Assembly (NCBI GenBank): GCA_010093995.1
Contig: ML992507.1
Span: forward strand, 1,449,147-1,513,146
DNA: 64,000 bases
DNA from: Elsinoe ampelina
Lineage: Eukaryota
Reading direction: 5' to 3'
A program made the translations under genes and the position numbers. Each line of letters starts with the position of its first letter. The first letter of the stretch is position 1. This document shows positions 50,235 to 61,159 of the stretch, in pieces. The notes beneath the pieces were generated by a model that was given only the letters and a program-made list of their open reading frames with translations, did no database searches and was not told the DNA's origin.

Positions 50235-50384
50235 GTCGTGGACAACAAAGTGGTGCGGAAAGGTCATAGTGCTTGGATTTTAGCACTTCTCTCGAGCTTC
50301 GACTCGCTTCCTACCTTTCTCCCTCCACCCGCGCACATTCATCGAGTCGCGCAGAGCTGCTCGGCAGCTTCAGCTCCTTTCAAG

Positions 50385-53300
50385 ATGAACGACAATATAG
50401 ATGTCAAGATGGAGGATGATGGGGCGGAGGATAACATCAAGCTAGCGTCGGTGCCTGCTGTGCAGCCAGATTCTCTCCGCCAGATCAAGACAGAGTCACG
50501 GCCGAGTCCTTCCCGACGTTCTACAAAAACTCTGCATTCACCTTCAAGTCATTCACACTCACCTTCAATCAAGCCTGAAGCACAAGAGACGGTCGGAGGG
50601 GATATTACACTCAAGATGGAGCCGGGTGAGCCTCCAAAGCTCTCAAGGAGGACATCACAGAAGGTACCAGTGCGACCGCCGCAGCTGTTCACACATCTGC
50701 CAGATGCGACGGCAGAGGCGAAGACGTCCTTTGACGTTCTCACTGGCTGCACGTATGCGAACAAAGGCCTCGGGTACACTGAGCCCCCACTAGAGTGTGA
50801 CTGCAACGAAGAATGGGGTAAGTTCTTATAGTAAACACGCGATTGACCGTCTTGTGAAAGCTGACCGACCTAGACCCATCTACCAAGACCAACAATGCCT
50901 GCGGCGAAGACTCGGATTGCATCAATCGTGCCACCAAGATGGAATGCGACCCAGACTGCGGCTGCGGCAACAAGTGTCAAAACCAGCGCTTCCAACGCAA
51001 GCAGTACGCCAACGTTTCGGTCATCAAGACAGACAAGAAAGGCTACGGTCTTCGCGCAAATGTTGACTTGGATGCTAATGATTTTATTTTCGAGTACATT
51101 GGCGAGGTCATTGGAGAGGCCGCTTTCCGCCGCCGCATGCATCAATACGACGATGAAGGTATCAAGCATTTTTATTTCATGTCACTCACAAAGGGCGAAT
51201 TCGTGGACGCGACAAAGAAAGGCAACCTCGGTCGATTCTGCAATCACTCTTGTAACCCGAATTGTTATGTCGACAAGTGGGTGGTGGGTGAGAAACTCCG
51301 CATGGGCATTTTTGCCGAGCGCAACATCAAAGCTGGAGAGGAATTGGTCTTCAACTACAACGTCGATCGTTATGGAGCCGACCCACAACCTTGCTACTGT
51401 GGTGAACCAAATTGCGTCGGCTTCATCGGTGGCAAGACACAAAGTGGTGAACGCGCCACCAAGCTGTCATGGCAGGTCGTCGAGGCTCTTGGTCTCGAGG
51501 ATGCCGACGACTGGGACTCGGCTGTCGCGAAGAAGCCGAGAAAGAGGAAGACTGGTGAAGAAGATGAAGAGTATATCAACGACATGCAGACCCGAGCTCT
51601 CGATCTCAATGGTGTCAAGAAGGTCATGGCCACACTCGCGACCTGCAAGGAGAAGTGGATCATCGTCAAACTGCTCGATCGTATTCAGGAATGCGAGGAT
51701 GAGAACATTCGCTTCCAAGTCATCAAGATGCACGGCTACAGGATGCTCAACACTGTCCTCAAGTCTTTCAGCAGCGACACCAACGTCTGCCAACAAATTT
51801 GTGACATCCTCTCACGATTTCCTATGCTTACGCGAAACAAGATCGCCGACTCTGGGATCGAAGAGACCATGGCCAAGCTATCCCTCGAGGCCGATGATGA
51901 GGATCTTCGCGACCGCGCCAAAGACCTTTCTGGCAAGTGGAGCAGCCTCGAGATGGGCTTCCGGATAAAGAAGATCAAGCGTGATCCCAACGCTGTACCA
52001 GAAGAGAGGAGAGTGGACCGCAGGGATACCGAAAGGACTCGAGCTCGTTCTCGATCACGGTCAAAATCTCCAGAAGCGCCGAAAGGCCCCGCTGCTCCTA
52101 CCGGTCCACGCAACAACGTTCCACAACGTGGTCCTGGTTTTGGGCGCCCGCCTCCTCCATTTCGCCGACCTGGAGCACTGCCGGATGGATGGTTCCAAGC
52201 AGTCTCTGGCAACGGATCGACCTACTACTACAATGCCACAGGACAGACGACATGGCAGCGGCCAACCCAGCCGGCACTTTCTGCACCACCTCCGCCTCCA
52301 CCCAAAGCTGTCACGGACCAGGAAGTCCTTCAAAATCTCATCAATAACATTATTGCGAACAAGAAAGATTCCGACAAGCCATCCGAGTCTTCTGGGACAG
52401 CCACGCCAAGTGCTGCGCCGAAGGAAGACGTCAAGAAGGATAGCAAGGAGGAGCGGTGGAAGTCGTACCCTGAAGAAAAGAGGAAGAAGCTATATGAGAA
52501 CACAGTAAGTGCTCTGAGTTGTACCGTTATTGCCGGTACTGACATCTGGCAGTTACACCCTCACATAAGCTACGTCATGAACAAGTACAAGAAGTATATT
52601 TCGCGTGATGATATGAAGAGATTCGGCAAGCAGGTAAGTTCAACAGACCAGGTGGCCAAGGAATTCCTCTGACTCTTCCAGATCGCAAAGAAGCTGGTCG
52701 ACTCTGACTTCAAGCGCGGTCGAGTCGGTGATCCTCGCAAGAAGCTCGATCCGAAGCAAGAGAAGATGGTCAAGTCATATGTCAAAGACTTCTTCGACAA
52801 GGTCGCTCAAAAGCAGAAAGAGCGTAAGCGGTATGAAGAAAAGCACGGTATCAAGAAGGACGAGCAGAAGGAAGTCAAGCCTGATGAAGCCCCGGCCCAG
52901 TCGGCTAGCAAGCCAGACAACAATGCAGAGGCAGCGGACGACGTCCAACTATCCGAGAACGAAATGGAGGACGAAGACGACGAAGCGCCAGCAGCGACAC
53001 CAGCGACTTCAGAACAGAGCTCGTCCGCTCTCAAGAGACCCCACGACGGCAACGGTGGGAGGGAGGATGGAGCAAGCGACGACTCGAAACGACCAAAGAC
53101 AGAAGCACCTCCACCACCTCCTCCGCCTCCGCCGCCTGCAGATGACTCTCCCTTCAACGGCGAAATGCAAGTCGACACCACGCCCAAGGAAGGCAGTGCT
53201 CTCACCAACGGCCACAACGGAGACGCCATGGACGTCGATTCTGCACAACAAGCTGCTTTCTCAAGCGGCTATCAGTCCGTCACGGAGGAGAAGGCGAGCA

Positions 53301-53395
53301 GTACCAGTCCAATGCAAATGGCCACTCCGCCGACGACAGGTAGTACGGAGCAGGATACGGAGAAGAGGTCCAATGGCACGCTGCAGACTGTCTAA
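50385..53395 (+). CDS. SET2: Histone H3K36 methyltransferase Set2
   Basis: AWS ([17 protein letters not shown]), SET ([19 protein letters not shown]), post-SET (CYCGEPNC), WW (LPDGW..YYYN..TTWQRP) and SRI-like end; introns ~50818-50873, ~52505-52551, ~52633-52681. Confidence 0.96.
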
Positions 53396-54209
53396 TTCTT
53401 GAGTCTGTGAGCACAGTCGGGAAGATCGCGACCGAAAGGAATTGCACTTGTGGGTCAAGAGGAATAGGCGGGTGTGTACTATTGGCATCGATACCCGGGT
53501 AGCGCTGAGATGGAATGAATGCGCTTGATTCCAAAGCCCTTACCCCTCGTCTCCCAGGGTGAAGCATGCTATCTATATGTAGCATGAGAACGCCCTACCA
53601 ATCATCGAGATCATGAGGCAGCACCAGCAGCAGAGTCTCGCTCAACCATCTTCGACCCAGCCCTATAAGTGCGAAGAGGTCGCCATCCAGGCAGCTCTGC
53701 CCGTAGCATTCGAGCGTGAAGCCATCGCCTCGGACCCCAACCATGAATGCTAGATCTACCCGGACCTAGAAGCGCATCTAAGGCTACATCAGCCTAGCCG
53801 GCGAGCAATCCGCCCCTTCACAATTCTTTTCCTATGACGAGAGGACCCATGCCACCTTCAGGGTTCTTACTAGCAAGCTCGAAACCCAATGTAGAGTTCA
53901 TCCAGGGACGTCAGTCATCTTCAATGGAAGGCTAGATAGTCCACTCACAGTAATCCAGCACTACCCGCCAACTACAGCGACGCAGCACCAGCGCTTCAAT
54001 ACAACCACGGATCCGACTGACGGCTACATGCGGTCTATTGCACACAAGCTTGACCTAGAGCTCAGCACGTCCGGAATGGCAGATGGCACCTTGCAAGGGG
54101 CACACGATGGGGTCCAACCTTGCGGTACGTTGAGACAAGCTGGGAGAAGGCAGACTCTGTCGAATGCTGGTTGAAATGGGATTGCAGGATCTCGCCCTTT
54201 GGACAAGGA

Positions 54210-54653
54210 TTCCAGGATTCAAGACGGATACCTCCCCAGACAGATGCCGACCTGGTGGACTATCTCGGCATGGCGTATGGCTTTGAGGGCTTACAACTTG
54301 TTCTCGCACTCGGCGAGCGTGTCCCTCTAGGTGTCCTCGTTAGGATGGTGGGCGACGAGAACACGGAGTCGATCTTGGCGGAAAGCGACATAATCGATGC
54401 CGCCCGGTTCACGACCTGCAGAGAGCGCACTTGTGGCAAGAATGGTACCGTCCGTCGATTCGATGAAGTGAGGATAGGTGATGCTCTCTGAACCCGTGGT
54501 CTGGTAGATGGTATTGTTTGCGAAGAAACCGAACGGCTTAGGCTTGCACGGGGCAGGTGCTGGCGGAGCAGGAGGTGCTGGCCCACCTGGTGGCGGCAAT
54601 GCATTGACGGAGGTGGCGGCAAGGACCGCAGCTGCAACAGGAAGGGAGATCAT
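54210..54653 (-). pseudogene. Truncated secreted BNR/GH93-like fragment running into unrelated decayed sequence
   Basis: Signal-peptide-like MISLPVAAAVLAATSVNA, then NNTIY...TYPHFIESTDGTILAT; frame stops at TAG 54327-54329. Family assignment is from recall. Confidence 0.45.
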
Positions 54654-55467
54654 GGAGGCTGTTCCTGGTTTCCAAAATCCCCAATGCTTGACTTGGCCAG
54701 CCCGTGGCCATCTTGGCTGGGGGTATATATACCCAATATCTGATTGCACCTTTTGGAGAAGAGTCTTGCATGCTCACCATCGTGTATCCGCCTTCTCACA
54801 GTATTCAGGCTAAGTATGTGGTGCGAGGTTGGCCGTATATGGGGAATCGGCCCTTTTACTATCAGCTAGATGGCTTTCTACAGAATGACCGTATAACCGG
54901 TCGATCTTATGTGTTCAAATACGAAAGCGTCTCGAGTGTTTGAGACTACACCTACAGCGATTCGTGGTGGAAAAGCAAAAGGGAGGCTTAACAGCACCTA
55001 CAGCATCTGCACTGTTGTTTAGCCGCACATGTTGTCCAGATATGTCTGCATACGTCGTTGTGGGTCACCCCTTTCAGAGGGATCGATTTTGCTCATCGGC
55101 GTCTATCAATGGCGAAATCCGAACAGAGTCTTTTGCCCTCGAACGCCAATGCATCACCTTTTGGTCAACGTTGATACCAGGACAAGATAACAAGCATGAC
55201 GATGCGGATGTCGAGCTCAACGCCGGAAAGCGGGAATAACATAAACCACAATCTTTTTTCGGCTCCGAGATTTAGGAGCAAAAGATAGGGTGTAACCCTA
55301 CATATCCGCAAATCGGAGGCGGCCAGGCGTTATCATTTTTGGGTCCGAGACACACGTAAATCAGGGTCCTGACGTGTCCGAACTCCGTATACTACCCCGC
55401 GTTATCTATAGTAAAAGATATCTCTCGGCTTGAGAACGCTTTGTTTCTCTTTCAACCACTTCACAAC

Positions 55468-57042
55468 ATGGCCAGCATCTCACGAGCTTCACGATTAGTG
55501 TCGCCTGCCCTCAGGGCGCCCAGAGCAGCGCGGGCTGCTGTTTTCACTCAACAAAGGCTTCTTGCCTCCCAGACCCCACCAAAGAACGCAGCAGCAGCAG
55601 CTACCGCCACGAGCGAGGCCTCCTACCAAGATGCCGCCGCTTCAGACTGGTTCTTCCCAGAGGAGCCCGCGAAGCCTATCGTCAAGACACAGATCCCAGG
55701 GCCGAACAGCGTGAAAGCGATCAAGGAACTAGATCAAGTGTTTGACACACGAAGTCTGAATATGATCGCAGACTATAGCAAGAGTTACGCAAACTACATC
55801 GCTGATCTCGACGGCAACGTACTTCTCGATGTCTACGCTCAGATTGCCTCCATCCCAGTCGGCTACTCCAACCCCACCCTTATCAATGCCAGCACATCCC
55901 CCGCCATGATCTCAGGAATTGTCAATCGTCCTGCTCTGGGCAACTTCCCTCAGCACGATTGGAAGTCTATCCTCGAGAATGGTATCTTCCGAGCCACTCC
56001 AAAGGGCATGAACCAGGTCTTCACCTCCACATCCGGCTCCGACGCCAATGAGCTTGCCTACAAGGCCGCCTTCATGTACCGTCGACAACAAGAACGTGGT
56101 GGCTCTACCGTCGAGTTCACCCAGCAAGAGATGGACACCAGCATGAACAACCAGGCCCCTGGCTCCCCCAACATGTCCATCATGTCCTTCGCAAAGGGCT
56201 TCCACGGCCGTCTCTTCGGCTCCCTATCCACCACACGCTCAAAACCCATCCACAAGCTCGACATCCCCGCCTTCAACTGGCCCCAAGCCCCCTTCCCCGA
56301 ACTCAAATACCCCCTCTCCGAACGCGCCCGCGAGAACGCCGAAGAAGAAGCCCGCTGCCTTGCCGAAGCCGAACACATCATGACTACCTGGCCCTCGCCC
56401 GTAGCAGCCATCATCATCGAACCCGTCCAATCCGAAGGCGGCGACAACCACGCTTCCCCCGCCTTCTTCCGCGGCCTGCGCGAGATCACAAAGAAACACA
56501 ACATCCTCATGATCGTCGACGAAGTACAAACCGGCGTCGGCGCCACCGGCAAGTTCTGGGCCCACGAACACTGGGACCTTCCCACCCCCCCGGACATGGT
56601 CACATTCAGCAAAAAAGCCCAAATGGCAGGCTACTTCTTCGGCGACGAGGCGCTCCGCCCCAACAAGGCTTACCGCCAGTTCAACACCTGGATGGGCGAC
56701 CCCGCCCGCGCTATCCTCTTCGGGGGCATCATGGACGAGATTGAACGACTGAACCTCGTCGAGAACACAAAGATCACCGGCGAATACCTGTACCAAGGCC
56801 TCGAGGGACTGGCGAAGAAGTACCCCGACGAGATCCAGAATTTGCGCGGACAGGGACAAGGGACGTTTATCGCGTGGGACTCACCGAGGAGAGACGATGT
56901 GCTGAAGCGTGCCAAGGGGGTGGGGATTAATATTGGTGGATCGGGCGCGAGCGCGGTGAGGTTGAGGCCGATGTTGATTTTCCAGAAGAGGCATGCGGAT
57001 TTGTTCCTCGAGGGGATGGAGAAGGTGTTCAAGAGCAAGTAG
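55468..57042 (+). CDS. UGA1: 4-aminobutyrate aminotransferase (GABA transaminase) with N-terminal presequence
   Basis: LDVYAQIASIPVGY, GSDANELAYKAAF, FHGRLFGSLSTTRSK, IVDEVQTGVGATG, VTFSKKAQ (PLP lysine); intronless. Confidence 0.96.
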   Translation: MASISRASRLVSPALRAPRAARAAVFTQQRLLASQTPPKNAAAAATATSEASYQDAAASDWFFPEEPAKPIVKTQIPGPNSVKAIKELDQVFDTRSLNMIADYSKSYANYIADLDGNVLLDVYAQIASIPVGYSNPTLINASTSPAMISGIVNRPALGNFPQHDWKSILENGIFRATPKGMNQVFTSTSGSDANELAYKAAFMYRRQQERGGSTVEFTQQEMDTSMNNQAPGSPNMSIMSFAKGFHGRLFGSLSTTRSKPIHKLDIPAFNWPQAPFPELKYPLSERARENAEEEARCLAEAEHIMTTWPSPVAAIIIEPVQSEGGDNHASPAFFRGLREITKKHNILMIVDEVQTGVGATGKFWAHEHWDLPTPPDMVTFSKKAQMAGYFFGDEALRPNKAYRQFNTWMGDPARAILFGGIMDEIERLNLVENTKITGEYLYQGLEGLAKKYPDEIQNLRGQGQGTFIAWDSPRRDDVLKRAKGVGINIGGSGASAVRLRPMLIFQKRHADLFLEGMEKVFKSK

Positions 57043-57205
57043 CCAAGTTTGTTGTTTGAGGGCAAAGGGAAAGCGTAATGGGATACCACGATTCGATTGT
57101 TCTGCACAACCCGTTCCTCCTTTCCTGTGTGATATGCAACTCATGCCACGTACCACCACTCAAAACCAACCCGACCCGAGGGACCCACAACCACAGACTC
57201 CACCA

Positions 57206-60200
57206 TCAATACACCCCCTCCCCGACCCCCACCCCCATCCCCTGCGCCCCCTCCTCCTCCTCCTCCCCCTCCTCCAACCCCACCCTCCCCTCCATCCTCT
57301 CCAACTCCCTCTCAAAAAACCCCCTCTCCTCCCTCCCCACCCCCCGCTCCATAACCTCCGGATACCCCCTACAATTCCACCAATACGTCAACGCCCTCAG
57401 ACTCTGCTCAAGCGGCAACGCCTCCTCCACGGTGCCATCCACATCGCCGGGGCCGGCACCGCCCATGCCCCCTCCCCCTCCGACGAGCCAATCGTCGCGC
57501 AGTTCCGCCGGCACGCTCAACCACACCGCCGTGATGATCTTCATGTTGCTTTGCCGCCACTTGCGGCCGCAGTAGGGCACTTGCGACTTGAAGAGCTTGA
57601 GCGTGTAGTACCGCAGCTCTTCCACCGGGACGCGCAGGGATTTTTTGAGGTGGTTGCTGGATTTGTAGCTCACGAGGAGGAGGGAGCGGTGGGCTTTGCG
57701 GCGCGTTACTTTTTGGAGGATGCGGAGGTGGTTGATGAGGGAGAGGAGGTTGCGGGCCGAGTAGGTTGTGAGTGGGGAGGGGGGGAGGGGCGTGGTTGGG
57801 TAGCCGAGTTCGTCAATTTCGGGGGGCTGGGTGGTGTAGTCTGTTGGGGAAGAGGTGGTGGAGTAGGTTGAGGTGCGGGGGAGGGAGGCGGCTGAGGAGG
57901 TGCGCCGGTGGTATTTGATTGGCGGTGGGGCGGCGGAGTCAAGGGAAGAGAGCGAGGCGGAGGATTGGTGTGATTTTCGACGGGTCGGGGATTGGGAGGC
58001 GCAGATGGTGAAGAAGTTGTGGGAGGGTCGGTCGAGTTTGAAGTGAACCGCACGGGAGATGTCTTGGGTTTGCCAGAGTTTGAGAACCAAGGGGATGTAA
58101 TTGCTGTCGAGGAGGAGTTGAGTTAGATACTCGTATCGTAAAATGTGTGATAGCTTGAACCATTTGAGCAGGAGCAGAAGACTACCGGTCAGCGCTTTGT
58201 TGGTGATCTCTTGGGACCGCATGTTGTCGATCTGGTCGAGCGTGTTGAGATTCTCGTCTAGATGACCACTTGACCCATTCTCCGTAGGAGGCAACCCGTT
58301 CTGGTCTTGGTACCCATTGGGAACACTCAGCCTGCCACCGTTTGCTGCAACCAGATCCGTAACAAGCTTCAGTACAGCTTTGAGCGAGACGATGACATAC
58401 GACTGCAAATGAGGCAGTGATTGTCTCTGTATGCGATGTCAGCCGTAGCCATACATGGTCACGACAGGCACTTACGTAGAACTCGGCCACCTTCGGCAGC
58501 GGATCGATCCTCTCCAACTCGTCCTCTTCCTGATCGTCTTCACCAGCTGTGGCTTTGGCGGATACGTCTGTATCTGTCTTGTCCGCCGAGCTGCGTTGGT
58601 TGCTGTTATCAAGCCCGCCGAACCCATTCACCAAGTCAGCCCGGAGATCATCAGGAAGACTGTCCAAGCTCAGCCGTCCGTTCGCAGCGTCTTGGTCGTC
58701 CTTCCACCCTCGGTCATACTTCATAAAGTCCACACGAGCGCCCCATAGCTGCTTCATCGCCCTGGTAGCCTTCATTCGCTTTGCAAAGAGCTCAGCTGCT
58801 TCCAGAATCGAGGTCGGAACGTCACTACCCTGCCACTTCCGGCCGACCAGAGCGTCTTGCAATTCGGTAGATCCTTTGCCACCAATGTCATTACTAGAGT
58901 CATCGAGAGGCGGATACATGAAAGGGAAGAGTTGGTTAGTCTGGTAGTTCTGCTTCTTGCCGCCTTTGCCGCCTGGACCGGCTGGAGAAGGCGGAGGAGA
59001 GGGAGCTGGCGTTGCGATATGCACTGGTTGATGCATGATCGAGCCTGTGGGTAATGGTGCTGGCCCTGGCCCTGGCTGAGTCGCATTGCTATCGTACTTG
59101 CTCTGTCGATGTCTGAGCGGCGGCAAGATTGAGTTATTGTCCGGCTCGAACGGGAATGTAGGCTTAGGGGCTTGATAAGCTGGATATTTTGAGCTGATCT
59201 CCTGACGGAAGAGATGATAGTCCAAGGGCGATGCTGTTATCACCGGCTGACCTCGAACGTCCTTCTCTTGCACGTCATCCTTGAACTTGGATTTAACCCT
59301 GTCAACATCCTTGATCCCGCCAAAGCCTAGCAAGATTGACTTCCAATGCAATGTGAAGATCTGGACTTGTTACTACTTGAGCGCTGCTTATGCGGTCATT
59401 GGGTATACCTTTCCGATCGGAATTGGTGATGCTTCATCCCATCTAAGTTTGCTGATAATGTTTGTCAGAGTAAGCAGATACTGGGGCGTAAATATTGCTG
59501 AGAATCGTCAGCAGGTGGCCCCATCATGCATATCCCCACACTGACAGATCTGTTTTCGTATGAAATCGGCGTCATCGGTGTCTCCGCCTAGTCTAGCAAC
59601 TTCGAATAGCGCATGTATGATCGTAAGGCATGTCCATAATTCATCGCTAACATCATGCTCGTCATAAGATCGTGCCGCTTCTGGGGTATCCGCTGAAAAC
59701 TGTAAGGACGCCTCACTGCCAATGATCAGTATTGTGATACACATCAAGGCCCATTTAACGGAGTCTGCTGCTGTGGCGTGGTACCGGACTTACGTATCAC
59801 GATCGCTAATGCTCTTCAACACCTTGTGCAAAACATCCAACGCTCCATATCGAAACATAAGCACAGAATTCTCAATCATAGTCCTGATCTGCAACCCAGC
59901 AGCTTCCTTTGCCCCCAGCTTCGGCGGTTCAGCATCCTTGAACAGTCGAGTGCAAGGGTTGTCATCTTGCTGACCAGCCGTCTCTTGGAATAACCCCAAG
60001 ACCAGATAGCAGAGGCAAAACAGTGCCTGGGCAGTCGACTTTTCACTATCCTCGGCAAGTACTTCCAGCAGGTGTTCCACAAAAAGCTCCTGGCTGTCCG
60101 AATCTTTCCACTTTAGCATCGGTTCTTCGCCCCTGGCTTTGTTGCCAGCTCCCCACCAGCGCATGTATGTATCCGGCAGACTAATGATCCTTGAAACCTC

Positions 60201-60743
60201 GCCCTGGCTGTAGCTGAACCACTCTTCAATCTCTGCTGCGAAGCTCTGCGCATCTGTATACTGGAAATCGTAGACATTCTGCAAAGTGGGAATCTCCTGC
60301 TTCGTGTTTGGTGTGATTGGGAATCCGTCTCGTAAGCGTCTGAGGTCAGCGAGAGTGAGAGAGTCTGGCGGGTCTTGCGGCGAGTCCTGGCTCTCTGGGA
60401 TCTGCACTGCGCTGAGTTCGAGTGGTCGTGGAGCTGAGGCTTCTCGCTTGAGCGGTGGTCGCGTGGGCAGGGCGACTCTGTCTTTCGGCAATGGCGGTTT
60501 GAATGTCCCGGTGTTGCTTGCTCCTTGCTCTGCTATTGTGGTTCCCTCCTTCTGCTCGCTGTCCAGTAGTGTTTCAACGGAGCCCTGCAAAAGAGGCTCC
60601 GCGTGGACCGAAGCTGCGATATCTGCTTCCAATGCTTCTACGCCTTCCGGTACTGGTTCTTCCGGTGTCGGGACGTCCTCATCCCTTAGCATCGGAACAG
60701 TCTGCCCGGTGGCAGAGACCTCGGGGTTCTCAACCTCGTCCAT
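57206..60743 (-). CDS. FAR11: STRIPAK subunit Far11/HAM-2/STRIP, multi-exon
   Basis: YDFQYTDAQSFAAEIEEWFSY, LTASPLDY-like ITASPLDYHLFRQEISSKYPAY, LLKWFKLSHI..LLDSNYIPL, LKLFKSQVPYCGRKWRQSNM. Confidence 0.93.
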
Positions 60744-61159
60744 CGTAGCTGGCTACAGGCATTGCTTGCCCTCCAATTGTCGCGCGTTCAGTCCACCAAG
60801 AGCGAGGTAAGCGTATGGGCAAGGTCGAGCTGAGAAGCTTGAAGACCAAACAATTGACACGACGTGTTCAGCTCCCCCAAGTCGTCGTGTAGTAGCGGAT
60901 GTTGTGGAGTGTATGCCGGGTCAGGAAGCGCGGCCGAAGTTTGAAGCATGAGGAAGTTCTTATCGATAAGCTCGGGTGGCATGTATGTATGCAAGCAGAG
61001 CGCCAATATGGCAAAGGAGCTTCCTGTGCAATTCATTTCAGAGACATGATACTATTCGTTTGAGGCACGAGAAGACGACTGATTCTCAATCACAATTCGT
61101 TCCAAAATACCGCTGGCTAATGCTTGTCTACCCGAACTCGACTCATGACCAAAGTGTCT

